58,887 bases of DNA from an uncultured Candidatus Nitrosopelagicus sp. (GTDB taxonomy: Archaea > Thermoproteota > Nitrososphaeria > Nitrososphaerales > Nitrosopumilaceae). Position 1 is the stretch's first letter. The number at the start of each line of letters is the position of its first letter. Where the stretch lies: contig CAYVQV010000001.1 in the NCBI GenBank assembly GCA_964454035.1, positions 1 to 58,887 of the forward strand. Direction: 5' to 3'. The notes beneath the pieces were generated by a model, which searched no databases, was not told the DNA's origin, and saw nothing but the letters and a program-made list of their open reading frames with translations. Of this stretch, positions 49,088 through 58,887 are shown in pieces. The position numbers and the translations under genes are program-made.

Positions 49088-50284
49088 TCAAAAACCATTT
49101 TCTAAAGGATTTTCAGGTTTTAAAATTTCACGAAGTACAATTGTTGCATATGAACCACGAGAAAGATTAAATTTTACAATATCATTATTGATTGCAAAAT
49201 CATTACACTGTATTAGGGAATTCCTAAAACCACCTTCAATTGAAATTTCTTGGAAATCCTTAATGAAAAAATCCTGGATAGAAACTTCCTCTTCTTTTAG
49301 AATTTTTTGTATGTAAAAATCAAATCTTGTTTTTGGAAAATAAGAATGACCAACCAATGGAATAGCCAATCTTTGGTAAGGATCATTTTGAAATTTTCCC
49401 AGTGTGTAATTTCTGTCAAAACATACATCGCCTTCTTTTGGATTAAGTAAATCTTCTCCATAATCAAATGCCAAACTAAGTGTTTTATTAAAAATATAAG
49501 ATTGATATGCTTGAATGTAAAAGCGTCTCATTTGTAGTGAAATTGATCTTATTGCAGCTTTCATGTCATTTGTTTCAGATAATTTTTTGAGTATTGAAAT
49601 TTCAATATCCATGGATTTTGGAATTGTTTCTATTACACTGGCATTGGAAACACGCTCTGATATGATTCTTCTATTAGCATTATTCTTTTCTGTATCATAT
49701 TCTGAACAAAAATTTAGTAGGAAATCAACTGCTTTTTCATAATTTTGTTGTATTATGGTTTTTCCAACATGATGTGTTATTGGTCGTCTTGAACCAAATC
49801 TTTGATATCCAAAAAAATTTAGAATTTTTTCATGTTCTTTAAAATCAGAAATAGGTTTTACTGCACCATCTATCTTTATCTCAAAATGATTCCCAATCAT
49901 ATCTTTTTTGGAAAAAGGTTTTTTGATAAATCCTATACGTCTTAATACATAATTTTTACCTTCAATTTTTTCAAATGATTTAGAAATTGTTTTTGAAAAC
50001 ACATACTGCTCAGTTAATGCATTTGCATCCTTTAGACCCATTGATTTTAAAACTAAACCAAATCTTTTTTCAACATCTTTTAATGCATGCATGGTATCTA
50101 TTCCATTTTTTTGTAGTATGTATACTGAAAATCCATTGTTATCTGAAATTGATTTTAGGGCTTTGTCTGAAAGGATTTCCTTAACAATAAAAGTATCATT
50201 AGATGTCTTTATTCTTCCATCTGTACCATTAGATTGCGTTGCATAAACAGAGATGCCAATCTCTGAATCAATTTTTGGAATCAC
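49088..50284 (-). CDS. truD: tRNA pseudouridine(13) synthase
   Basis: GLKDANALTEQ, GNHFEI, NFFGYQRFG, AYQSYIFN and FNLSRGSYATIVLRE motifs. Confidence 0.95.
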   Translation of the reverse strand: MIPKIDSEIGISVYATQSNGTDGRIKTSNDTFIVKEILSDKALKSISDNNGFSVYILQKNGIDTMHALKDVEKRFGLVLKSMGLKDANALTEQYVFSKTISKSFEKIEGKNYVLRRIGFIKKPFSKKDMIGNHFEIKIDGAVKPISDFKEHEKILNFFGYQRFGSRRPITHHVGKTIIQQNYEKAVDFLLNFCSEYDTEKNNANRRIISERVSNASVIETIPKSMDIEISILKKLSETNDMKAAIRSISLQMRRFYIQAYQSYIFNKTLSLAFDYGEDLLNPKEGDVCFDRNYTLGKFQNDPYQRLAIPLVGHSYFPKTRFDFYIQKILKEEEVSIQDFFIKDFQEISIEGGFRNSLIQCNDFAINNDIVKFNLSRGSYATIVLREILKPENPLENGF

Positions 50285-51912
50285 GATTCTATTGTTACAT
50301 TGATGAACTTAGATACAGTAATTTCGTCATTTCCTATACCAACTAATGCTTTATAGTTTCCAGATAATGAATTGTCACTTGCATGTATTTTTACGATAAT
50401 TTTTTCATTAGTATTTTGAATTGACTCACGCAAAGAGGAAATTTCAATATCAGAAAAATTAATAGTATTAGATGCAGTATGTGCTGATAGAAATTCACTA
50501 TCCAAATAGTCACTCATATTATTATATTTTATATTAAGAATGAGTTCTGCAGATTCTCCTTTCTTTACTTTAATTATTTGTTTATCAGATTCTATAGAAA
50601 ATGGCAATGATTTTTCTGTATCGATAAAACCAATATTATTCTCAACCCATTCGGTAAACCAGATTTTTTTATTGTCAATTGAAAAATCAAAAACTTGTGC
50701 AATTCCACAATCTTTTAGTTGACCACAATCTCCCCAATTAGGATTCTTTGATGGAATCATATATTCAACTAGAGATTCATCAGATACGTCAAATAATCCA
50801 ATTCTATTTGCTGTTTGTTCATTAAAAATAAGATTCCCATAACTATCAAAATCAGTCCAATATGGTCTTGATATTGGATTCTTTATTACACCAGTTTCAT
50901 TTCCATACGTTGAAAAATGTGGCACATTTGTGATATACTTTGTAAATTCATTAGACTGATAATCAAATTTGAAAAAATAACTACTTGATGTATCAACAAT
51001 CCAAATGTTTCCATCAGAATCTACAGTTAAACCATTTGCGGTGTTAAGGTCTTTTGGAAATTCAAATACTTCAACATAATTTTCTGATGAAGTACCAAAC
51101 AAATTAACATCTTGTATATATTGAGGATAATCAAATTTGGCTAAAAATCCAGTTGAGTCAGGAACCCAAGCTGTATACCATAAATTTCCTTCTTGGTCTA
51201 TATCAAAATCTCCAGTAAATCCTTCTGGTATTGGATTTACAATACTAATGTAAGATACTTCCTCAGTGTCCTGAACTAAATCAAATACTGTGATCTTTCC
51301 TCCAGTGAAATCATTGACAAATATATTTGAACCATCAATTTGCAGTCTTTGAGGTAATGAACCAGATTCTGAAGATGGAAATGTTACTGCAGTATAGGTT
51401 TCATCATCAATACTAAATCTCCATAATGTATCAAAACTTCCATCAGTATACCATATAGAATTATCAGAAGAATAATCAATTCCCCAATTCATAGAACGAT
51501 CACCATCTGACAAATATGGATTATCAAATTCTGTGAAAGATTCTGTAATTGGATTAAAATTTGCAATCAATCCGGCATTACTCTCAACAAACCAAATCAT
51601 GCCATCTGGAGTTGTTGTTATTGCAAGAGGTTGTGTACAGGGTGTTGGAATTTTATATTCTGTAACAAATGAAGTTGATTTTGCCTCACCAGTTCCACAA
51701 AAAGTGTCACGTTGTTCATCAGGGAAATTATCCATTGGGGTTCCAGTTTTTGAAATTATCCCACTTTCATCCTCAACATTTAATCCAGGAATTGCAATTA
51801 CTATAGTTGATGTAAGAAGAATTGCACCAAAAAAAACAACTACAAATATTCCTTTTTTATTAATACTTTTACCTCGTTTCTTTCCCTTGTCTTTTTGTTT
51901 TTTTTCCACCAA
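50281..51912 (-). CDS. Membrane-anchored Vgb/NHL-like beta-propeller protein
   Basis: N-terminal TM helix; repeated blades (PLAITTTPDGMIWF, NGLTVDSDGNIW, IWFTEW); C-terminal Ig-like beta region. Confidence 0.82.
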   Translation of the reverse strand: MVEKKQKDKGKKRGKSINKKGIFVVVFFGAILLTSTIVIAIPGLNVEDESGIISKTGTPMDNFPDEQRDTFCGTGEAKSTSFVTEYKIPTPCTQPLAITTTPDGMIWFVESNAGLIANFNPITESFTEFDNPYLSDGDRSMNWGIDYSSDNSIWYTDGSFDTLWRFSIDDETYTAVTFPSSESGSLPQRLQIDGSNIFVNDFTGGKITVFDLVQDTEEVSYISIVNPIPEGFTGDFDIDQEGNLWYTAWVPDSTGFLAKFDYPQYIQDVNLFGTSSENYVEVFEFPKDLNTANGLTVDSDGNIWIVDTSSSYFFKFDYQSNEFTKYITNVPHFSTYGNETGVIKNPISRPYWTDFDSYGNLIFNEQTANRIGLFDVSDESLVEYMIPSKNPNWGDCGQLKDCGIAQVFDFSIDNKKIWFTEWVENNIGFIDTEKSLPFSIESDKQIIKVKKGESAELILNIKYNNMSDYLDSEFLSAHTASNTINFSDIEISSLRESIQNTNEKIIVKIHASDNSLSGNYKALVGIGNDEITVSKFINVTIES

Positions 51913-51956
51913 TGACTATTCCAAATTATAGGGTCGTTATATTTTCTTCCAAATTC

Positions 51957-52310
51957 TTACAATAGTTTTAATTCACCAGTAATTTTGTCGATTAGATTTT
52001 CAGGTGCTGGACCTAATGATATGCATGTTGTTGTACCAGGTGCAATCTGTGTATGACCGGCATCTGTTACTTCAGACCAAGGAAGCCCCAATTCAATTGC
52101 ACCATCTTTAATTTTTTCCAATTCTTTTGAACCAGAAACTTTAACGACGACTTTTTCTTGTCCTTCCCACCATTTCATAAACCAACCAGGATTAGATTTT
52201 CTAACATGTTCTGCACCAAGAACACATGCATGACCAACTTGTGCAGCAATTTTTCCTTTTCCCATATCAAGATCAGTTCTAACTGCAATCACTTGTTTAA
52301 TTTCACTCAT
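51957..52310 (-). CDS. pth2: Peptidyl-tRNA hydrolase type 2
   Basis: KQVIAVRTDLDMGKGKIAAQVGHA and DAGHTQIAPGT motifs. Confidence 0.97.
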   Translation of the reverse strand: MSEIKQVIAVRTDLDMGKGKIAAQVGHACVLGAEHVRKSNPGWFMKWWEGQEKVVVKVSGSKELEKIKDGAIELGLPWSEVTDAGHTQIAPGTTTCISLGPAPENLIDKITGELKLL

Positions 52311-52401
52311 AGATGGTATGAATAAACCGTCATGATAAACTTTACAATGTAATTTTACGACACATAAATTGAATTAAATAATTCAAATTTTCATAATTGA
52401 T

Positions 52402-53538
52402 ATGTATGATGCAATAATAGCTGGTGGAAGCATCTCAGGATTATTAACTGCGCGTGAAATTGCAAAAAAAGGAAATTCAGTGTTAGTTCTAGAAGAAGGA
52501 TTTGAGGTGGGTAGCCCAGAACACTGTGGTGGACTTGTTAGTAAATCAGCTCTTGATGATTTAGGAATTAATCCATCAGTTAAATCATTTGATAATAAAA
52601 TTAATTCAGCCAAAATTTTTTCTCCAAATGGAAAAAATTTTACTATAGATTCAAAATCTCAAGAAATAATTGTTGTAAATAGACGTGAACTTGATAAACA
52701 AGTCGCAAGACAAGCAAAAGACAATGGTGCGGAGATAATTGTAAAAGCGAGCTTTAAAAATAAAACACCCAATGGTGTTGAAACATCAATTGGTAATTTT
52801 AATTGTAAAATATTTGTTGATTGCAGAGGTGCATCTATTCTAATTAATAAAAATAAAAATGGTGTATATCCTACTGCACAGTATGAAGTATACGCAGATT
52901 GGATAAAAAATGATCAAGTTGAAGTTTATTTTGATCAAGAAAAATTTCCAGGTTTCTTTGCATGGATAATTCCTTCTGGTAAAGGAGTTGGAAAAGTTGG
53001 TGTTTCAGGTAATGCGATAAGCTCAATAAATGTGATTGAAGAATTTTTGAAAAATAAAGGAAAACATTCAGTGATTAGAAAGATTTATGCACCAATATGG
53101 ATTAAAGGCCCAATCAAACATTTTGTTCAGGATAATACAGTTATTGTAGGTGATGCAGCTGGGCAAGCAAAACCAACAACTGCGGGTGGAATTTTTTCAT
53201 GTGGTATGGGAGGATTACTAGCTGGACAAGCAATTTCAGAATATCTGAAAACCGATGATAAAACAAAATTAGCAAGTTATGAAAAAATGTGGAGAGACAA
53301 ATTTGGTAAAGAATTTGATAAACAGATTCTTGCCAGAAAAATTCTGTCAGGAATTGATAATAACACAGTAAACAAACTTTTCAGTTTTATAACACCTGAA
53401 ATAATCAAGGATATATCAAAAAAAGATGATTTTGACTTTCATACAGGAACTATTATTAAATTACTTGGATTGAAAGGAACATTTGGAGCTGCACAAGCAT
53501 TAATTGGCAGTGAAATTAAAAAATTGATTCCAAATTAA
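52402..53538 (+). CDS. Geranylgeranyl reductase family FAD-dependent oxidoreductase
   Basis: DAIIAGG, HCGGLVS, RRELDK, FFAWIIP and VGDAAGQAKPTTAGGI motifs. Confidence 0.85.
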   Translation: MYDAIIAGGSISGLLTAREIAKKGNSVLVLEEGFEVGSPEHCGGLVSKSALDDLGINPSVKSFDNKINSAKIFSPNGKNFTIDSKSQEIIVVNRRELDKQVARQAKDNGAEIIVKASFKNKTPNGVETSIGNFNCKIFVDCRGASILINKNKNGVYPTAQYEVYADWIKNDQVEVYFDQEKFPGFFAWIIPSGKGVGKVGVSGNAISSINVIEEFLKNKGKHSVIRKIYAPIWIKGPIKHFVQDNTVIVGDAAGQAKPTTAGGIFSCGMGGLLAGQAISEYLKTDDKTKLASYEKMWRDKFGKEFDKQILARKILSGIDNNTVNKLFSFITPEIIKDISKKDDFDFHTGTIIKLLGLKGTFGAAQALIGSEIKKLIPN

Positions 53539-53556
53539 GGCTGAATTTTCAAGGAA

Positions 53557-53565
53557 GATATAAAT
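53557..53565 (+). promoter_or_regulatory. TATA-box candidate for the Zn-finger/EF-1beta/cdc48 operon
   Basis: GATATAAAT with a purine-rich BRE-like flank, ending about 23 nt before the ATG at 53588. Confidence 0.55.
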
Positions 53566-53587
53566 CCGGAATTACAAGCGAAACTGT

Positions 53588-53767
53588 ATGTCTTCAAATA
53601 TAGAATTACCTGTTTGCAGTTGTTGTCATAGACATATTATGCCTAATGATAAATGTGTTAAATTCAATTGTCCAGAATGCGATTCTATTCTATTATGGAG
53701 ATGTGAAAGTTGCAGGGAATCTGCCACAACATACACATGTGGATCTTGTAATTTTTCAGGACCTTAA
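53588..53767 (+). CDS. Archaeal double zinc-finger protein (DUF1610 / HVO_2753-like)
   Basis: Not in ORF track. Manual translation [59 protein letters not shown] (59 aa); four CxxC pairs, ends in GP, lies upstream of EF-1beta as is typical. Confidence 0.92.
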   Translation: MSSNIELPVCSCCHRHIMPNDKCVKFNCPECDSILLWRCESCRESATTYTCGSCNFSGP

Positions 53768-53769
53768 AA

Positions 53770-54051
53770 ATGGCTAGATTACTACTGATTGTAAAAATTC
53801 TTCCGACAGGAACAGATGTAAATTTAGACGAAATAGTAGATTCTATTAAGAAAAATCTTCAAAATAACATTGAATTAAAACAATATTCAAAAGAACCACT
53901 TGCATTTGGTCTAGAATTCATTAAGGCACAATTTACTCTTGATGATGCAGAAGGACAAATGGATTCATTAGAAAATTCAGTTAGAGCAGTAGAAGGTGTA
54001 AGTGAATTCGAAGTTTTACAAATGAGTAGAATGTCAGTGGATATGAAATAG
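53770..54051 (+). CDS. ef1b: Translation elongation factor 1-beta
   Basis: [20 protein letters not shown] and VEGVSEFEV motifs. Confidence 0.93.
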   Translation: MARLLLIVKILPTGTDVNLDEIVDSIKKNLQNNIELKQYSKEPLAFGLEFIKAQFTLDDAEGQMDSLENSVRAVEGVSEFEVLQMSRMSVDMK

Positions 54052-54061
54052 GTGAAACAAA

Positions 54062-56233
54062 TTGGTTCAAGATGTAGATCCACTTCAAATGAGAGTCGGT
54101 GAAGCAAAAAATAGAGATGTTGGTAAGAAACGTGCTAGAATAGGACCTGACGCTATGGATTATCTTCATGCATCACCTGGAGATACAATAATGATGAGTG
54201 CAAAAAATACTACATGTGCAATAATTTGGCCCTCTGATGAAGATGAAAAGTATCCAGATACTATAAGAATTGATGGACAAACAAGAAAGAATTTAGGTGT
54301 TGCATTGAATGATTTACTCGAAATCAAGAAAGTGAAAACATCACAGGCAAAATCTGTTACATTAATGCCGGTTAATGATATTGTTACAGTTGATAAAGAA
54401 TTTACAGATTTTGTAAAAAATAGATTGAAAGGAATGCCTCTTAGCCAAGGAGATGAAATTTCTGTAATGATTTTGGGTAATTCAATGGATTTCAAAATAA
54501 AAAAAGTTTCTCCAAAAGGAATAGTAAAAATTGAGAGACCGACACAACTTACAATTCTTTCAGAATCTAGTGGTGATAAAAAATCTGGAATAACTTATGA
54601 AGAAGTTGGTGGTTTGAGAGCAGAAATTAAAGTAATGAGAGAAATTGTTGAATTGCCATTAAGACATCCAGAATTATTTACTAGATTAGGTGTAGAACCA
54701 CACAGTGGAATATTACTATATGGACCTCCAGGCTGTGGTAAGACATTACTGGCTAAAGTTTTGGCAAGTGAGTCAGAGGCTAACATGTTTGCAATAAATG
54801 GTCCAGAAATAATGAACAAGTATTATGGTGAAACAGAATCAAAACTGCGAGATATTTTTAAAGAAGCAAAAGAACATTCGCCTAGTATAATTTTCATTGA
54901 TGAAATTGATGCAATTGCCCCAAAAAGAGAAGAAGCGTATGGTGATGTTGAAAAACGAGTTGTTGCACAACTTCTTGCATTAATGGATGGATTAACTGAT
55001 AGAGGTAATGTTATAGTTCTTGGAGCTACTAATCGTCCAGATAGTGTAGACCCAGCACTTCGTAGACCTGGTAGATTTGATAGAGAGATGGAAATTTCAG
55101 TGCCTAATGCAGATGGTAGATTAGAAGTTTTACAAATTCATACTAGAGGAATGCCAATTGCCGATGATGTTGAATTAAAAATACTATCTTCAGAATTGAA
55201 TGGATATACTGGTGCAGATATGAAATCATTATGTAGAGAAGCTGCGATGAAATCAATTAGAAGATATTTACCAGAAATTGATTTGGAAACTGAAAAAATT
55301 CCATCTAAAATTCTTCAATCAATGGAGATAAAAATAATTGATTTCTATGATGCCATGCATGAAGTAGTACCAACTGCAATGAGAGAATTCTACGTAGAAC
55401 GATCTAAAATTTATTGGGAAAATGTTGGTGGTTTGGATGAAGCCAAAAAGGTCTTGGAGGAAAATTTGATTGCTGCAATGAACGAACCTGAAAAGTTTTT
55501 GAAGATGGGAATTAAACCTCCTAAAGGCGTGCTGCTGTATGGACCTCCAGGTTGTGGTAAGACAATACTAGCACGTGCGTTATCAACAGAAAGTGGTGGA
55601 AACATGATACTAGTTAGAGGACCAGAAATCTTATCCAAATGGGTTGGAGAATCTGAGAAAGCAATAAGAGAAATTTTTAGAAAAGCAAAATCAGCATCTC
55701 CATGTGTAATAATTTTTGATGAAATGGATTCTCTTGCAAGATTAAAATCAGGAGAAGAAAGTGGAGTGGGAGAAACCATACTCAGTCAATTACTTACGGA
55801 AATGGAAGAAGGTTCTAGTTCTAGAGTAGTAATAATTGGAATTACTAATAGACCTGATATGATAGATAATTCAATGTTACGCTCAGGTAGATTAGATTTA
55901 CGAATTTATGTACCACCTCCAGATGAAAAAGGTAGATTGAAAATAATTGAAATACTAACAGAAAACATGCCTCTTTCGTCTGATGTTAAATTAAAAGAAA
56001 TTGCAGTTGCAACGCAGAATTATTCTGGTGCAGATATTGCATCATTATGTAGAGAAGCTGCAGTGGAAGCAATGCATAACAATTCAAATAAAATTACAAG
56101 TAAAAATTTTGCATTGGGATTAAAACGGATTAAACCATCAATAAATAAAGATGTAGAAACATGGTATGAAAAAATCAATGATGGAATTACAAATGTAGTC
56201 CCACAAAAAATGGACAACACGTTTTATGGTTAA
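54062..56233 (+). CDS. cdc48: CDC48/VCP family AAA ATPase
   Basis: N-domain, two [11 protein letters not shown] modules and [11 protein letters not shown]-like GGTGA before the TTG start. Confidence 0.96.
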   Translation: MVQDVDPLQMRVGEAKNRDVGKKRARIGPDAMDYLHASPGDTIMMSAKNTTCAIIWPSDEDEKYPDTIRIDGQTRKNLGVALNDLLEIKKVKTSQAKSVTLMPVNDIVTVDKEFTDFVKNRLKGMPLSQGDEISVMILGNSMDFKIKKVSPKGIVKIERPTQLTILSESSGDKKSGITYEEVGGLRAEIKVMREIVELPLRHPELFTRLGVEPHSGILLYGPPGCGKTLLAKVLASESEANMFAINGPEIMNKYYGETESKLRDIFKEAKEHSPSIIFIDEIDAIAPKREEAYGDVEKRVVAQLLALMDGLTDRGNVIVLGATNRPDSVDPALRRPGRFDREMEISVPNADGRLEVLQIHTRGMPIADDVELKILSSELNGYTGADMKSLCREAAMKSIRRYLPEIDLETEKIPSKILQSMEIKIIDFYDAMHEVVPTAMREFYVERSKIYWENVGGLDEAKKVLEENLIAAMNEPEKFLKMGIKPPKGVLLYGPPGCGKTILARALSTESGGNMILVRGPEILSKWVGESEKAIREIFRKAKSASPCVIIFDEMDSLARLKSGEESGVGETILSQLLTEMEEGSSSRVVIIGITNRPDMIDNSMLRSGRLDLRIYVPPPDEKGRLKIIEILTENMPLSSDVKLKEIAVATQNYSGADIASLCREAAVEAMHNNSNKITSKNFALGLKRIKPSINKDVETWYEKINDGITNVVPQKMDNTFYG

Positions 56234-56528
56234 AATGGCTATTCCGTTAAAAAATCAAGTATTGGAAAAAATTAAAGAGAAAGGAGGTCTTACAGATAAA
56301 GAACTTGTTAAAATTCTTGTAAAAAATGAGATTATAATTCCAGATGGTGAGTTTAATAAAATTTTATTAGATTTGGAAATTATGGGTTTGATAACAGTAT
56401 CATGGATGACTAAAGATTCAAAGCGAATTGATATTGTTTCTGCTCAAGAAGAAGAGGATGAATATGATGAACAAATTCAAAAAACTAATGAAAAAGACTA
56501 TGAAGCCAGTTTTCCTGGAACCGATTAA
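56226..56528 (+). CDS. Small winged-helix-like protein with an acidic tail
   Basis: FNKILLDLEIMGLITVSW pattern; overlaps the cdc48 stop. Confidence 0.75.
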   Translation: MVKMAIPLKNQVLEKIKEKGGLTDKELVKILVKNEIIIPDGEFNKILLDLEIMGLITVSWMTKDSKRIDIVSAQEEEDEYDEQIQKTNEKDYEASFPGTD

Positions 56529-56536
56529 GTAAAAAG

Positions 56537-57430
56537 TTATAGTCTAAAATGAAATGCTGCATCTAATGCAACTGCAAGGAAAATTATTGTAAGATATGGG
56601 GCAGTTACTTTGTATGCTTTCCATGCAAATTCTGATGTAGGTAATTTTGTTAATTTATAATGATAAACTAACATTAGACCACCTGCTGCAGCAGCTATTC
56701 CAGTATACACTAACCCCATTCCAAATGCATAGAGCATTAGAGAATATGGCAAAAGAATCAATGTATTAATCAAAATGTATGTTGATGTTTTTTGCATTCC
56801 AATTAATACTGGTAACATTGGAACTTTGGCTTGAGCATATTCATCTTTCATTTTCATAGCAAGACACCAGAAGTGTGATGGAGTCCAAACAAAGACAAGA
56901 AAACCTATCAAGAAGCCAAGAATATCTAATGAACCTGTTGCAGCAGACCAACCTGCCATAGATGCAGCACTTCCTGCAAATCCTCCAATTACTATATTTG
57001 ATGAATTTAGACGTTTTAACCAGGCAGTATACACAATTACATAAAAGAAAATTCCAAGTGCAATAAAAAATGCACAAATATAATTCAAAGATAATGCACC
57101 ATAAACTACTGAAATTATGCTTACTGAAAGACCATAAATTAAAACAGAATTTGGCTTGATTCTTCCTGATGGAATTGGTCTAGTGCTTGTTCTTTTCATT
57201 AACGGATCAATGTCTCGATCATAATAATGATTAAGTGCACTTGATCCTGCAGATGCTAGTCCACCAGCAATTATAATGTGTAAAAGACCTAAATTATCAA
57301 GTTCAGGTCCTATCAGTTTACTTGCAGCATACATAGAAGTTACTGCAGTAATTACTAAAAGAACTACAATTCTTGGTTTTGATATCTCTAGAATTTCTTT
57401 TAGACCCAATGTTTTATGTCGACTAGGCAT
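56537..57430 (-). CDS. cyoE: Protoheme IX farnesyltransferase (heme O synthase)
   Basis: KPRIV, NHYYDRDIDPLMKRTSTRPIPSGR, YTAWLKR, NIVIGG and WTPSHFW motifs. Confidence 0.96.
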   Translation of the reverse strand: MPSRHKTLGLKEILEISKPRIVVLLVITAVTSMYAASKLIGPELDNLGLLHIIIAGGLASAGSSALNHYYDRDIDPLMKRTSTRPIPSGRIKPNSVLIYGLSVSIISVVYGALSLNYICAFFIALGIFFYVIVYTAWLKRLNSSNIVIGGFAGSAASMAGWSAATGSLDILGFLIGFLVFVWTPSHFWCLAMKMKDEYAQAKVPMLPVLIGMQKTSTYILINTLILLPYSLMLYAFGMGLVYTGIAAAAGGLMLVYHYKLTKLPTSEFAWKAYKVTAPYLTIIFLAVALDAAFHFRL

Positions 57431-57506
57431 TGAATTTATACCAATCTAATGCGATCATTTGCATTTCACAAAGATAAAATATTACTGAGAAACCATCAAA
57501 GCTAAA

Positions 57507-58310
57507 ATGAGTAATTGGGATTTAATCATGCCTGGTGCAGGCTTAACGGCTATAGGACTAGCAGGCTTAGTAACATCATACTCCGGAATTGCTCATACAT
57601 TCATCGATGGACTGCATGCCCTCAGTGGACTTCTTACTATATTTGGATTGATTATACTTGCAGCTGGACTTTTAGAAGGTGGCATATCAACTAGTAATAG
57701 AACTAAAGCCGTTGTTTTAGTAATTATTTCAATTTGTTTAGCATTTGGTACATTTGCAACTACATTAACTGAAAATTCTACACTGCCACTATTCTTTGGA
57801 TTATTAATCTTAATTGTAGTGCCAGCAATTATAATTTCATATTTCGCAATGAAAGTTCCCCAATATGTTAAACCGATGGGAATTATTTTCATACTCGCAA
57901 TAGGTAGTGCTGTTGGATTATATGTTGGATTTGGTTTCACAGGTCCTAATGCATATTTAGTAACAGAAGAAATTGAACAAGTTGAAGAAGTGATTGAAGT
58001 AGTTCCTGATGGCCCAATATTTGCAATATCAATTTTAGCAGGATCAGCAGAACAAGGAAACCCAGATTATGATCCTGACGAGACAAATATTTCACAAGGA
58101 CATGTTATAGAATGGGTAAATGATGATGAATTACCTCACACTGTCACAAGCTCAGTAGATTTTGGTGAAACATTTGATTCAGGTATGTTAATGGCTGGTG
58201 AATCTTTCAGTCTTGATAGTAACACACTTGATTTAGGCATGTATGAGTACATGTGTATTGTACATCCATGGATGGTAGCAACATTTGTTATAGATGAACC
58301 AATAGAATAA
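57507..58310 (+). CDS. Multi-pass membrane protein with a C-terminal type-1 copper domain
   Basis: About five TM helices, then WVNDDELPHTVTS...FDSG...YMCIVHPWM. Confidence 0.9.
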   Translation: MSNWDLIMPGAGLTAIGLAGLVTSYSGIAHTFIDGLHALSGLLTIFGLIILAAGLLEGGISTSNRTKAVVLVIISICLAFGTFATTLTENSTLPLFFGLLILIVVPAIIISYFAMKVPQYVKPMGIIFILAIGSAVGLYVGFGFTGPNAYLVTEEIEQVEEVIEVVPDGPIFAISILAGSAEQGNPDYDPDETNISQGHVIEWVNDDELPHTVTSSVDFGETFDSGMLMAGESFSLDSNTLDLGMYEYMCIVHPWMVATFVIDEPIE

Positions 58311-58312
58311 TT

Positions 58313-58741
58313 GTGAAAAAAATAATTCTAAATCAGGCACAAAAAGATTTACTCCAAGAACATGCGCTAAATTGTGGTTCAAATGAATCATGTGCAATGT
58401 TACTTGGCATACATAATGATGAGGAATGGAATGTTAAAGACATTTTTGTAACACGTAATTCAAGTACAAACTCTGAACAAACTTTTGGGATTTCACCAGA
58501 AGAACTTCTGCAGGGATACAAACTTGCAGAAGAAAAACATTTAGAATTAGTTGGTATTTTTCATTCTCATCCAGACTCAATTGCAGCACCATCAAATACT
58601 GATAGAAAATTCATGAAATTGAATGGTAATATTCCATGGATTATTTTCTCTGGAATAAGCATAGACTTCAAGGCATACACACTAGATGAAGAGATGGAAG
58701 AAATTCCAATTAAAATTATGGAAAGACATTTTTTTCAATAA
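58313..58741 (+). CDS. JAMM/MPN+ (Mov34) metalloprotease, desampylase-like
   Basis: N-terminal Glu (NESC) and intact HSHPDSIAAPSNTD (HxHx7SxxD). Confidence 0.92.
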   Translation: MKKIILNQAQKDLLQEHALNCGSNESCAMLLGIHNDEEWNVKDIFVTRNSSTNSEQTFGISPEELLQGYKLAEEKHLELVGIFHSHPDSIAAPSNTDRKFMKLNGNIPWIIFSGISIDFKAYTLDEEMEEIPIKIMERHFFQ

Positions 58742-58805
58742 TATCAGATTCCAAGAAAAAATAATGAATTGTTTGAATTAAATACTCCTAATTTTATGCA
58801 ATAAT

Positions 58806-58887
58806 ATGGCAATGGATATACATGTCTACGATACTTATGTTAAAGCCAAAGATGGTCATACAATGCATTTTGATGTAATTACTGATG
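58806..58887 (+). CDS. DUF2024-like small protein, truncated by the window end
   Basis: Manual translation MAMDIHVYDTYVKAKDGHTMHFDVITD. Confidence 0.75.
   Translation, partial: MAMDIHVYDTYVKAKDGHTMHFDVITD

Overview
AT-rich, gene-dense archaeal chromosomal segment. Gene content and style (stand-alone CdvC/Vps4, L40e, EF-1beta, Pth2, Cdc48, CofE, type-1 copper proteins, bacterial-type UvrABC, folate-based PurN/FolD, TATA boxes about 25 nt upstream of start codons) point to a marine ammonia-oxidising archaeon (Nitrososphaerota, Nitrosopumilaceae; genus not determinable by eye). It is mostly core genome: carAB, cdvC, citrate synthase, Fe-ADH plus LLM oxidoreductase, uvrBAC, a purine/folate cluster, ileS, sucCD, sulfite reductase-rhodanese-thi4-trxB-tusA, cofE, serB, proS, msrA, truD, pth2, a GGR-family reductase, cdc48, heme O synthase and a JAMM protease. 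I saw no tRNA, rRNA, CRISPR array or mobile element. Three small genes (L40e and two Cys-rich proteins) and two window-truncated genes are missing from the ORF track. Most interesting observations: (1) two unannotated paralogous mini-proteins bracket citrate synthase; (2) a Cys-type Thi4 sits inside a sulfur-relay neighbourhood and is coupled to an archaemetzincin-like protein lacking HExxH; (3) a collagen / HSD-type J-domain / TPR module; (4) carA has no canonical in-frame start codon for its conserved N-terminus; (5) several apparent pseudoenzymes; (6) a perfect 131-bp intragenic duplication. All calls were made by eye from motifs; no searches were run.
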